DNA of 60,000 nucleotides from Lama glama (lineage: Eukaryota). The translations under genes and the position numbers were made by a program. The stretch is from assembly GCA_028534125.1 (NCBI GenBank), contig CM052832.1, positions 8,806,001 to 8,866,000 of the forward strand. Reading direction: 5' to 3'. The notes beneath the pieces are model-generated. The model did not search any database and was not told the origin of the DNA. It was given only the letters and a program-made list of their open reading frames with translations. Position 1 is the first letter of the stretch. Each line of letters starts with the position of its first letter. Shown in pieces: positions 10,851 through 22,831 of the stretch.

Positions 10851-11430
10851 TCATTATTGAGAAATTTGGTCAGGAACAGAAGGAACTAGAGCAAGTCCAG
10901 AGTTCAGGACTCATTTCTTTAGGAGGGGACCATGCTGAAGTTACCATAAGGTAGAGTAGAACTGATGATACAAGGTCCAGGTAACGAAGAGGCAGGATTT
11001 AATCCAGTTGAGGGCTGAAAGCCTGGGGTCCATGAAGCATCAAAGCACATCTCTGCTCAGTCCTGTCTCCTCCATCACCTTCTGAGACTCTTAAAAGGAA
11101 TCAGAGACCTGAATCTGTCATTAACTCCTTCAATCCTGTCTAACTAGTCCCCTCCTCACACTTTTACGCTCCCCACCTGAGTGAGTACTAGGCCATTAAT
11201 TGGCAGACAGCAACACAGGGTCACGTGAACAGGAGTTGGCCTCGCGTCCAAGCCCACACTCAACTGCTCTGCAAACTAGAGAAGGACCAGTGTCTGCCAG
11301 TCATCCCTGCCCAAGCCCCACAGACTCTGAGAAGGCACATGGCCCCTTCTGATAAGTAAGGAAAGAAGGGACATCATTCATAGGCAACGGTAGGGAATGA
11401 GCATCAGCAGGAGGTCGTAAAAAAGGCTTC

Positions 11431-11436
11431 TTTATT
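11431..11436 (-). terminator. PTK7: PTK7 polyadenylation signal (3'UTR ~11415-12242)
   Basis: AATAAA on minus strand ~0.8 kb after stop, preceded by a long U-rich tract (11452-11498). Confidence 0.8.
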
Positions 11437-12242
11437 GAGAGCAGCGAGTGTAAAAAAAAACAAAACAAAAACAAAACAAACAACAACAACAACAATAAAG
11501 GTGTGAGGCTGGGTGGCCCACCCTCCCATCTCCTCCAGGACCCACCCCTACCTCCCACGCCCTCCCACCCCACGCTGCAATTACATAGAAAAGCCGCCCA
11601 CGGTGCATACAAAAAGGGCGGGTTATATAGTGTCAAAAGCTCCTGAAAACTCCTTCATCTGCCAGGCACTTAGGATGAGGAAAGGAGAGAAAGGTGGGGA
11701 GGAGGCACAGGTCTGGGTCAGTGTGCACAAGTCCACGGGGGGAGGACTCACTGGCTGTGTCCTCCGTGATCCTAGTACAGACCCCAAAGTGGGACCGCCC
11801 TGGGCGCCAGAACTACCCAGGAACTTGAGTATAGTAAGGAGCTCCCCTTGAACCTGGCTCACCTCCAGCCTAGCCCTCCGGGGATGAAGTTGGCAGGTGA
11901 GTGGCAGAACTGGACCCGGTCAAAGGGAGGAGACCCATGCCAGAAACTGGGGTTACCTGAGGCACCCACACTGTCCCTGATGGGGGAAGGGGTAGCAGAG
12001 AAAGCTGCCTAGCCCAAGGCCATAGTCACCCAGTCTGGGTCTGAATCAGCCTCCCCATGGGCTGAGGATGAGGAAGGGGAAGAAAGCCCAGGCCCTGCCA
12101 GACCTCAGCAGTGCCTGGGGTGCCAGGGCGGGGCCCCTGGGGCCCAGGAGGACGGGGATTTGCCCATCATGCTGTGGGCACCCCTCAGGAGGTCCTCCCC
12201 TGCCCGTGCCATCCTGAGGCACAGCCTGCCTGGGCTCCCTCC

Positions 12243-12403
12243 TCACGGCTTGCTGTCTGCAGAGCTGTCTCCCAGGGTGTTGGCAATCTCACTGAAGGAG
12301 GGCCTGTCCTTGGGGCTGAGGGCCCAGCAGCGCTGCATCAGCCTGTAGAGCTTGGAAGGGCAGCCCTCAGGCTGTGGGAGCCTGGCCTTCCCAGCCTGCA
12401 AGT
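12243..12403 (-). CDS. PTK7: PTK7 exon 20 coding part to stop
   Basis: cag|[44 protein letters not shown]...DSKP-TGA; 161 nt. Confidence 0.97.
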
Positions 12404-12870
12404 CTGCAGAAAGATGGTGGGAAGAGGGTTGGTCAAAGTATTTCACCTGTCGATCCTCTATGGAGCCTGCAGTTCCCACAGGCAGACCCCGGGGGGCACC
12501 AGCCAGTATTGGGGAGCCCTGACTCAAGGAGTTTATGGCAACTATCTTGCAACCAAAGGGGAAGACCCGCCCTGGCCCCAGCTCCCTCCGGATGGTGGGG
12601 GGCAGGGTCCACACAGCACAAGCAGCAGCCAATGCGTGGGGGCTGAGGTGTGGTCAACAGGCAGGTGTCAGAGTGGCCTGAGTGAGCAATGGGGACAAGG
12701 GCTATTTACCAAGCAGGATGAAGGTATTTCAGTGATCTAACAACTGGAGTGGCCATATCCGTGGACCTGCTAACACCAGCCCTGAGAAGGGAGGCAGGCT
12801 GAACGGGCTCCGGGACTCAGCAAGTTTTAGAGAGCATCTGGAATTGCCCCTTGGAAATGCAGCTGCCTAC

Positions 12871-13049
12871 CTGCCAGCACTTCATCGTCTGCCTGCCCAC
12901 CATGGGGCATCTCTCCGTGGGTGAACACTTCCCACATCAGCACTCCGAAGGCCCAGACATCAGACTTGGTGGAGAAGTCGCCATCCAGGATGGCCTCGGG
13001 GGACATCCAGCGCAGGGGCACCCAGGCCTGGCGGAAGTGGTAGTACTCA
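12871..13049 (-). CDS. PTK7: PTK7 exon 19
   Basis: cag|TGAGTAC ... GGCAG|gtagg; EYYHFRQAWVPLRWMSPEA...KSDVWAFGVLMWEVF...DEVLA; 179 nt. Confidence 0.97.
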
Positions 13050-13835
13050 CTGCAGGACAGAACGACACACAGGCATGGGGGTGGGGTGAGGGGCACAGCC
13101 TGGAATGCCAACCTCATCCAAGGTCTGGGTCTCATACTCAGGCTAGGACCCCGCTTTTCTGTAGCAAGACATTTGGGGAAATTGGAAACATTTATGCTTA
13201 GCATGGGGGGTGGGAGGGGCATATACTGCATGAAATCTGGGGTCATCTACATGGGGTCTGATGGTTACAAAATTCCATGAAGGATCAAACGTTGCCTAAA
13301 TGTCACTATTTTTAAAAAGCTAACTAACGTTTTCCACTAAAATGTGGAAAACGAACACATTCAATGAAAAGAAATGTTAAAGAGCTTTACTAGTGATAAA
13401 CCAATCATGACTAAAGCAACAGACAGCTGGAGTGAGTCAGAGCTTGGCTGACCGCAGGGGAAGTTCGCGGAGGCACCACGAAGTGTGTATGGGCATTCCA
13501 GAGTGATCTCCGGCCCTTCGTGGGTGCTGAGCTTTAAGTTTTAGGCTTCAAAATAATAATTACTAAATTCAGGAAGTTACAGAGGGAACCATATGAATAG
13601 TTAAATTATATAAACATTTATAAAGTTCAACTTTTTTTTTCAAGGTTTTTAATTTTTTTTATCACTAGAGAAAATGTGTGAGCATCAGGGACTTGTGGTC
13701 CTCTCCCACTGCACCCTTGGGAGAAGGTGGGAAGGTTCTGCCCCTCCCAGGCTCTCCAGCTTTGGCTAAGCCCCTTCCCACACACCCCAGCTGAGTTTGC
13801 CCTCTGCCCCTCACAACCCTCCCTGTGCCCTCTAC

Positions 13836-13987
13836 CTGTTGTACACGTCCTTGCTGAGCCCCAGGGCCGACACCTTCACCTGTCTCTGAGCGCTGACCAA
13901 GCAGTTGCGAGCGGCCAGGTCCTTGTGTACAAAGCGGTTGTTGGACAGGTGCTCCATGCCCAGGGCCACCTGGGTGCACAGGGCCAC
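13836..13987 (-). CDS. PTK7: PTK7 exon 18 (HKD and ALG degenerate catalytic motifs)
   Basis: ccag|GTGGCCC ... AACAG|gtaga; VALCTQVALGMEHLSNNRFVHKDLAARNCLVSAQRQVKVSALGLSKDVYN; 152 nt. Confidence 0.97.
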
Positions 13988-14678
13988 CTGGAGAGACAAA
14001 GGGGCCTGTCAGAGCAGCTCAGGACCAGAGGGTTGGGGTACCGCCCTCAACACAGCCCTTGCTGGGGTCTCAGTGCCCCCACCTCAGTGATGTGATGTTT
14101 CAGAAGCCCCAAGGCAAAGGAATAGCAGCCTATTTCCCTCTCTGTAAAATGGGAATAATAGGACCCGCCTCACTGGGTTCTTGGAAGAACTGAACTGAAT
14201 GAAATAAAGCACTTGGCACTGCTCCCACCACAACAGGTGCCAGATTAAGTGAGTGGCGTGGGGGGGCAGGGGGAAGACACAGTAATCACCTGCAGAGTGA
14301 AAAATAACTGGGCAGTGATCACCACTCACATCTTTATGAGCTGTTCCTTTTTCTCTTCCACTTCAAAGTTACATATTTTCTACTAGTTGTGTTTCATGAA
14401 AAACAAAATAAACAGTCACACATGTATGTATATAAAATGTGGGTGAGTGAAAGGAGATGGACACACACACACAAACACACACACTGGTTGCCTCTGAGGA
14501 GGGGCACTGGAGGCTAGAGGGAAGGTAGAGAAATTCTGGTTTATATTTGTGCTGTGAACTACATCCAGAAAAGTTCATAAAACATATGGACATATGGCTA
14601 CTTTCACGAATAATTAGAACGCCCACACCCAATGAAGAGTCACCAAGTTAATAAAGCAAAACCCAACAATGTTAGGTC

Positions 14679-14810
14679 GGGGAGGGCTCAGTGGTAGGGT
14701 ACGTGCTTAGCATGCACGAGGTCTTGGGTTCAATCCCCAGTACTGGTAAGTAAATGAATAAATAAACAAAAATAAATCTAAATGCCTCCCCCTCCAAAAA
14801 ATTTTAAAAA
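14679..14810 (+). mobile_element. tRNA-derived camelid SINE (Vic-1-like) with degenerate TSD
   Basis: GGGGAGGGCTCAGTGGTAG..GGGTTCAATCCCCAGTAC, A-rich tail; flanks ACAATGTTAGG / ACAATGCTAGG. Confidence 0.85.
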
Positions 14811-17117
14811 ACAACACAATGCTAGGACCCCAGAAACTCCCAATGGCTCCTTCCCCATCACAAATTCTTCCTCTCCTCAAGAGGTAATCGCTATCCCAAC
14901 TTTTGTGATAATTTCTTGGCTGTCCTTTGTAGTTTTACCACTTACACATACGTTCCTAAATAGCATAATCCCGTTTTGCCTGTTTTAGAAGCAGATAAGG
15001 CTGGAAGCATACAAAAATGAATGATCTTCTGTGCCTTGATTCTTTCATTCAACATTGTGAGATTCATCCTTTCTTTGGGATATCAGTGAACTGCGTTATT
15101 TCTCACCACGAATACACCATAATTCATTCATTCTAATGCCGATGGATATTTGTGGGGACCCCCCCCCCGCCGATTTTGGCTATTAAGGACAGTGCTGCTG
15201 TGAACATTCTTATGAGTGTACACATGCAGGAGTTTCTCTAAGATACCTAGGCATGGGGTCATGGACTGGGAGTATCTCAAGCATTTCAAAGTAATACAAA
15301 ACTATTTTCCGAAGTGTAAGAGGCTTGGGAGATTTTTCACTGATACCATTTAAAAGTTTTTGAGCTATGTGAATTATATATAATACATTATATAACATAT
15401 TAAATGTAATTGTAATTAAGATACACTAACACTTTAAGAGTATACATCAATGCACTGAACAAATATTAACTGAGCAACTACTGTCCGCCATACACCACTG
15501 GGTGCTGGTGGGATGTAACAGGGACAGCAAGACAGGGCTCCCAGTGACAGGGCAGTCTAGAAGGGAGATTAGAATTGTACCTGCAGAAGGGTGCCACCAC
15601 CTGGGGGAAGGTGATTCATGCCAAACAGAGAAATCAGGAGACTGCCTGTAGAGACCAATGGCCCTTTTGCCTCCGTCACCTTATCCAAACCTTGGGAGCA
15701 ACGACCGAGGGACATGTAGGACATGCAGTACTTCCTTGTGTATGAAAACTAGGCAGACAGAAATGCAAAGAGGTCCCCGTGGAAGATTATTCAACAAGTT
15801 ACTGGCCAGCTGCATGTTCCTTGCAGCACGCAGACTCACTCTCAGGATCCGTGAGGGAGAAGTGAACACATGTGACATGGAGAGAGAAAGAGAACGTGAC
15901 CGTTGACCGGTAACTTGGGTGATCTAGAAAAATACTAGTAAGAACCAACAAGGTATCATTTCCCACATAGCTGACTGCAGAAGGTCAATTCTGCCTCCAA
16001 CTTATCTCCAATGGTTCAGAGAAAAAGCCGTAAGTAATATACAGACACAGAGAATAATAAAGCAAAGGAGCAAAATGTAAACAATTGAATCTGGATAAAG
16101 ATTTTGTAGGAGTTCCTTGAACAATTCGTATAGTCTTTTAAGTTTGAAATATCGAAATGAAATTTAACCACACACATACAAATGACCAATAAGCATGTTA
16201 AAAAATAAGAATAAGTAAAAGCAGCCTGTGTGTGGACCAATAACGAGAGTATGTCACAGATTAACCAAGATTGTGGTTAATCTGATTCTATGTTCCTGAA
16301 GTTCAAAAAGGAACAAAGGTGAATGTGAGCTGCTGCCCTGTGACTCAGGGCACAAAGGAGACCACTGAACCAGAGAAAAGGGGATGGGGAAACTTGTTGA
16401 GCACCTACTGTGTGCTGGGCCCTGAGCTAGGCCGGCCGCTCCCCTGCCTGCACTGTGAGGTGGACTCATCCTCAGCTTGGCCCATGGTCCCAGCCTAATG
16501 CCAAGGCCTGGCTCTTTCCTCAGCACCACAGCCACCTCTCCTGTCGGCCATCAGTGAGCCTAGGGCCGCGGCGCTGGCTACGGACTAGCCCTTCAGCATC
16601 CCTGGCTGGCTCCAAGCAGCTTCACTGGCCTGGCTCACGGGGTCATAGAAAGGCTGGCAAAGGAGCTGGGTCCAAACACTGGGAGAGGGGTCACTGCAAA
16701 GATAGATCTCAGTCTGTGCGCACCGGCTAGTGACATCCCTGCAGGCCCCGCAACCTCCACTGGAGGTTTGCCAACTGTGGTCAAAACCTATGTATGTCAT
16801 AAAAGCAATTTAGTGAATCTTAACTAGCATTTTTTTTAAAAAAATGGAATAGAAAATATCAGAGTGTATCACACTTGGTAAGTGTTTGAAAATTTTTTTT
16901 TCTTTTTTTTTTTAGAGTAGAGAAAAGTTTATTCAAGGATCAAGCAAGAACAGGCAGCCCTTGCTCCAAAGACCTGAACTATCCTTTTTTCATTTTTTAC
17001 ATATGCCTGTATTGCACTGTGATGTACAATGGTTTGTTTTTGTTTTTTGGGTTTGTTTTTTTTTTTTTGCACTACTGTAGGTCTCAGTCAAAAACAGTTT
17101 AAAAACAAAGGTCTACA

Positions 17118-17320
17118 CCAGTGCTGTCCAAAAACGATGTCCCCTAGCCCCATGTGGCTATTTAGGCTAATTAAAACTTCATAAAATTGAAGATTCAGTT
17201 CCTCAGGCTCTCTAGCCACATTCTCAGTTCTCAGTAGCCACGTGGAGCTGGTGACCACCGCATGGACAGCACAGGTGTGGAATGTTTCCACCACTGCAGA
17301 AAGTCCTATTACAGCCCTGG
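17118..17320 (-). mobile_element. MER3-like hAT MITE
   Basis: CAGTGCTGTCCAA..CATGTGGCTATTTA..TTCAGTTCCTCAG..TAGCCAC..TGGACAGCACAG..TGCAGAAAGT. Confidence 0.75.
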
Positions 17321-20300
17321 TCCAAACCACCAGCAACCTGGACCCACTACATATGCAATGTATTGATGGACATGCCCGTGCAGAGGTGCTGAATGCAGCT
17401 GGGGAAAATTTCATCTTATTGGTGCATTTTCTTTATTAAAAGTGAAGCCACAAAATCTCCAGATAGCTTCCAACCAAATGTGTATAACCAGTGAGAAGAG
17501 GTCAGGTCAACAGGCCCGCCAGGATTACTGAGCCCTCCTTGGGTGCAGAGCCCAGCACTGTATCTCCAAGGAAAAGTAGAGGCCTCGTTCCCAAAACAGC
17601 TTCCAGTCTGCCATCCTCAAAATGTCCCAGGTGCCACTGGTGGTAAACGGGCATCATAAATGGACAGGCTCTACTTTAGGCTTCAAAACCCCAGGGCATT
17701 GTCGGGCCTTGCCTGGTTGTCTGTAATGGGCAGACAAAGGCTTTTGTAATGTGCCCTCATCAGACTTGCCTTTCCCCTCGGCATGCTCTCTCCGCTGTAG
17801 CTCACAAGCTACACAATCTGCTGCTAGTCATGGGAAACAGAAGAGGGAGGACTTGGCATGGTGACTAACTTGCTATCTTTCCAGAGAGGCAGTGCTTCTG
17901 GAAATACTGGCTAAGCGAGGACAGTAAAAGGGAATTCTGTTAACCCAAGCCAATTAAGTGTTTCCTTACTACTGGGCAGGCCGCCATCAGATGGCCACGG
18001 GATTAATTTTCAAATACTGTTATAAAGACCTGCACTTTGGTAAAGACCAGACCCACCCCGCCTTTCCAACTTTAACACCCCGAGGGCTAGCCCGAGTTCT
18101 GGATAAGCCACCGTGACGCTTCTGCTCTCTCCCCACATCAGGTTTCTGCTTCCCATCGGGGCATCTGGCTGTTTAAAGCAGAGCGGTGACCCCAAGTGTG
18201 GTAATCTGCCTCTGCTCCTCATCCTGCCATCAGCTTGCAGGTGATCCGTGGAGAAATCACAGGTTACAGTGCTTGGGACTTCAAAATCTCCATCATCTTA
18301 TCAGCTACTCTAACAAGCATCACCTACAATTATGCCAACACCCAGGGCCCGTGTCTTTGATTTCGATCACCATTCCCCTGCTATCCCGGAATCCTGCTGG
18401 GGCTCTCCCCAGCCCACCCACACCAAGTATGGCGCTTCATTCCAGCTCTAGCCAGGCCGGGAGCAGCCTGCCTGCTCTCCACCTTCCTTTAAAAACTGAA
18501 TTTTTTCTCTGTCCACTCCCCTAGGGCCCTAGGAATATGAAGTGGCACAGCAGCTCACTGAATTATCAGCACAAGAAAGCGCCTACAAGTTTTAATGTAT
18601 CTTTCCTAAGAATCTTCATTCTCATGGAACTTTGAAAAAAGAATATTTTTCAAACTACTGATCGAGACCCACACGACTCTCAAAACCAATTTAGTGAGTT
18701 AAAAGAAAAAACAATAGGATAGGATAGGAAACATTAAGTGCATCAAATATAGTGTGAGAGATTAACTTGAGCTGTGTGTGTATTGGGCCATGATTTAAAA
18801 TGCATTTCTTATAGGGAACTCTAACCAAAAACCATTTCAAAGCCACTGTCCTACCCCAGGGCTCCTTGAACCTTAATGAGCTTAAGAGTCAGCTGGAGAG
18901 CTTGTCTGAGAAGTAAGGTCCTCAGACCTCACTCTCAGATAGTCTTCCCTAAAGTCTGAGGTATGGCCCAGAAATCTACGATTTTTTAAGCAATGCCCTC
19001 CCCCCACCATCTAATGCAGAATATTGTCTGTGAAGAGTGTGGAACCCAACTTATTGAAGCTCCCCCACCAAGTTCAAGATGCTCTGGCAAAGAAGTATGG
19101 GAGAGATCTTTGGCAGAGGTGATGACTTGCAGCAGAACAGGGTCCCTCGGGTCATGTGATGGTGACAATCCTGTCAGCCCGCCTATGTCTTCATCCCAGC
19201 CACAGCAATGCAACTAGACCCCCCTCTCCTGATGCCATCTGCTTCCCACCATTCACCTACTTCCTGTCCTTGAGAACTGAACTCAAATGGCTTTCTCTAC
19301 CAGGAGACCACAACATCTGTCCACCTAAAGGACATGGACGTCTTCCACATCTTTTAATTTATGTCTCCCACTTGCTTTCTGCGTTTTACCTGAAGTCAGT
19401 AAGGAATACGCCAAACTCACGTACCCAAGCTCTCCCACTAGATCCCGAGTGCCCCAGGGATGTCTGGCAGTTTTAATTTTGCATCATCCCAAAGGTCCTT
19501 AGGGCCATGACAGGCTCAGTAAAGATTCACTGGCTCCATGTGTGTCCTGATTTGTGAGCTCTGGATCCAGACGTCCCCCCCAACTGGAGAGGCATGTCCT
19601 GTCCTGTGGCTTCCCATCTACAGCCACGGCAGGTAGCCCTGTGGCTTCTCAGAGATGCAAGCAGGGGCCCCATATCAGGAGGCCAGCTGTAGGTGACTGG
19701 GGCCAGGTCACTAGCCTTGTCTGGGCCTTACTAATTCACCTGCAATGGGAGGAGGTCAGCCTGAAGGACATAGAGCTGCTCCCCCAGAGAGATCAGGGGC
19801 AGCTGGGGTCCCACTCTCCTAAATGATCAGCCCCGCCTTTCTGCCCAGCCCCCGGAGTCTGTGCCCTGGGTCAGCCTCCAGGCAAGGAACGGTCACCTGG
19901 AAGGGAGGCCCAGCAGTCTGCCTCCCTGCCCTGGGCTTTGATTGGCTGAGCAGTGACTTCACTATCACCTTGGATGCAGAGTGCCTGGTCACATGGAAGG
20001 AGGTAGGTCCATTTCAGAGGGGAGTAGAGAAGGCTGTGGGCAGGAAGAGCTGGGCCACAGAAGGTATTGTCTAAGGTGGGCAGGGGGTAGTAAGCAAACT
20101 TTCCCTTGTTCACTGTTTCAACCCAGGTCTGCTCCATCTCAGGGCCCCAGCCAGGGCTCTGTGCCCAGAACCACCCTCTGCTCAGAGACACGAAGAGGAA
20201 AGGCCAGACAGCCCACAGCCCAAGTGAAAGCCAAAGTGTGAAAACCACAGAAGGTGAAACACGGGCAGCTGGTCCACAGCAGGGTCATCCACACTCGGGG

Positions 20301-20678
20301 GAATGAAGAAACGCGCTCAGGGCCCCGCCAAGCCCTGCAGCTCCTCCAGCTCAGCCCCCACGGCCAGGGGCAGACGTCCTACTCCAGCAGCCAACACGAA
20401 AGGCAGCTCTTCTCCATGAAGGCCATATGGCCACACAAAGCCACCTGCAGGCTCTGTGACTGAGACAAGTCCCTTAACCTCTCTAAACCTCAGTGTCTGC
20501 CCCCATCCTGGCTGCGGACAGTGACGTATACGTCAAGGATCATTGTGATCACAGAGGTACCACATGTGAAGCACTTACCACAGGGCCTGGCCCACAGGAA
20601 GTGTCAGTCAGTGCACCTCTATTAGGGGACTGCCCCTACCTCGGGACTGCCCCTGCCTCAGGTCCACCCTGCCCTCAC

Positions 20679-20759
20679 CTTCTGCTTCGTGCTTAGGGGC
20701 TGAGACTTCAATTTTTCATCCTTGCTCTTGGAAATCCTCAGGAACTGTTTGAGGTCTCC
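20679..20759 (-). CDS. PTK7: PTK7 exon 17 (not in ORF track)
   Basis: ccag|GGAGACCTC ... CAGAAG|gtgag; GDLKQFLRISKSKDEKLKSQPLSTKQK; 81 nt. Confidence 0.96.
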
Positions 20760-21557
20760 CTGGGGAAAAAGCCAAGTGTTTCTGTCAGGTCAGAGCTCAG
20801 CTGTTATCCCCAAAACATCAAACCCAGCAGGTGCTCACGGGGTGCCAGCCCCGGAGGTAGTGAGGAGCCCTGACCTGAACGCCCAACCCAGCCCAGACCC
20901 CCACCCGTAGGGACAGTCCAGCAGGAATGAAAAATATATAAGAAGTGCCTTCTAGAAGCTCTCAGAAAGGGAGGACAGTCACTGCTACCATCAGGGAGGC
21001 CCCCAGACAGGCAGGTGAAGAAGCCTGTGTCCCTAGGAGCCAAGAAGAAAACACAACCCCAACCCTGTCTTCACAGTGGCAGCTGGAGGACTGGGGGATG
21101 GGAGGGGGAATGAAGAGTGAGGGGCAGATCTGGGCATGACAAGGGGGTGGGAAGAGAAGGCTGGTGGCGGGGCTAACACTGCCCCTCGGATGGTACGGGC
21201 TGCTGGGAGGGAAGGAGAACCAGGTTCCGGTAAGTTTATTCTCAAGGGCTGACAAGCACTGGGGAGAACAAAAAATGACAAGCCAAAAAAGAACCAGAGT
21301 CAAGGAAGAAGACACGAAAGGCATCCATGCAGTGCCCAAAGGGAGAAGCGGGAAGAGCCCCAGACGTGGGGCTGACAGACAGGAAAGAAGAGGGCAGGCC
21401 AAGGAAAGGCAGGTGTCAGAGGGGGGCAGGAGGCTGACCATCTCAAGATGGCAAAAGCAGGCAGGCCGAGGTCTCGGCTGAGCTCACACGAGATGAGGTT
21501 CCCATGGTGCCCCCTATCCCCTGCCCGAGGCTCCCAGGGCCCCCGCCGACAGCATAC

Positions 21558-21790
21558 CAGGTCCACATACTCCAGCACCATGTAGTGGGGCTCAGCCTCC
21601 CGGCACAGCCCCAGGAGCCGCACCACGTTGGCGTGGTTCAGCTTCCCAAACATCTCGAACTCCCTGCGGAAGTCCAGCTGCTGCTGCTCGTCCCGGCTCT
21701 GCAGGCTCTTCACAAGCACCAGGGTCTCTGGCACCCCCTCCTCCAAGCCCTGCGCCTTGGCCAGGAAGACCTCCCCAAACTCGCTCTTCC
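21558..21790 (-). CDS. PTK7: PTK7 exon 16 (pseudokinase N-lobe)
   Basis: gcag|GGAAGAGC ... GACCTG|gtatg; KSEFGEVFLAK...VLVKSLQ...YMVLEYVDL; 233 nt. Confidence 0.97.
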
Positions 21791-22149
21791 CTGCGGGTAC
21801 AGGGCTGAGTCAGCCGGCTACCTCCACCTGAGCAGGGGAAGCCCCTTGACCTGGGGAGGTGCCCGGCCTGGGTCACACAGTCGGGGGTCTCTGCCACCCT
21901 GCCCTCCAGACAGAGAGCAGCCCCGGTTCTGTGTGACCCTGAGCAAACCACTCCCTCTCCCACCCTGGGCGACAGTCTCCATCAATGAAATAAAGGAGCT
22001 GGATTAACAGTATTTTCTAGAAGGTGGTTTGTATGCAAATTTTAAGTGGCTCACCATAAACATGCCAGTTATATATTTTAAACTGTGCTCAGAAAATTTT
22101 TTTAATTTACTCTTTTTTAAAATATGATTTTCTTTTTACTTATCTTTTC

Positions 22150-22335
22150 CTGATTTTTAAATTTAACTTTACCTGGGGGGGGTAATTAAGGTTTTAAAAA
22201 TTTATCTATCTACCTGTTGGAGGTACTTGGGATCGTTCTATCTATCTATCTGTCTATCTATTGGAGGTACTGTGGATTGAACCCAAGACCTCCTCCATGT
22301 TAAGCACGTGCTCTACTACTGAGCTATAGCCCCCT
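22150..22335 (-). mobile_element. tRNA-derived camelid SINE (Vic-1-like), minus strand
   Basis: Reverse complement of the same head (GGGGCTATAGCTCAGTAGTAGAGCACGTGCTTAAC..GGGTTCAATCC) and CCTTAATTACCCCC tail motif. Confidence 0.8.
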
Positions 22336-22675
22336 TACCTCAACCCCAGAAAAAATTTAACTAGCACAAATCCGTAACTTCTCAGTCTTTTCTAGAAAAA
22401 AGCTAAATGTTTTTTAAACTTCAGCGGAACGTTTTTTAAAAGGTGAAGGGGAGTCAATCTAAAGAAAACATCAACTAAATAATACACAGAAATGACAAAA
22501 TCTTTAGTGGTATATGGACGACAGGCATGGGGAACACACTGGACCAGGCCTCCAGATGCTCCCTCCATTTCTAAGGTTCTGGGCTTCAGGGACTTCAGAG
22601 CCACTAGCCTAACATAGCCTCAAGACAAGCAGAGCCTTTAGTTAAGCAGGGGTGATGGTAGCCAAGGCAGTGTAC

Positions 22676-22831
22676 CCAGCGTGGTGATGGGCTGCAGGCT
22701 GGCCCGCGGGAAATGCATCTTGTCACTCGTGCTGTGGCGTTTGTTGGTGGCCGCGGAACCGGAGCCCAAGCTGGTCAAGGCCACCTCCTCTTGGATCTCT
22801 GCTGAGGGCTGTCCGTTCTGCAAAGGCCCGC
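22676..22831 (-). CDS. PTK7: PTK7 exon 15
   Basis: ccag|GCGGGCCT ... CTGG|gtaca; GPLQNGQPSAEIQEEVAL...MHFPRASLQPITTL; 156 nt. Confidence 0.97.
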
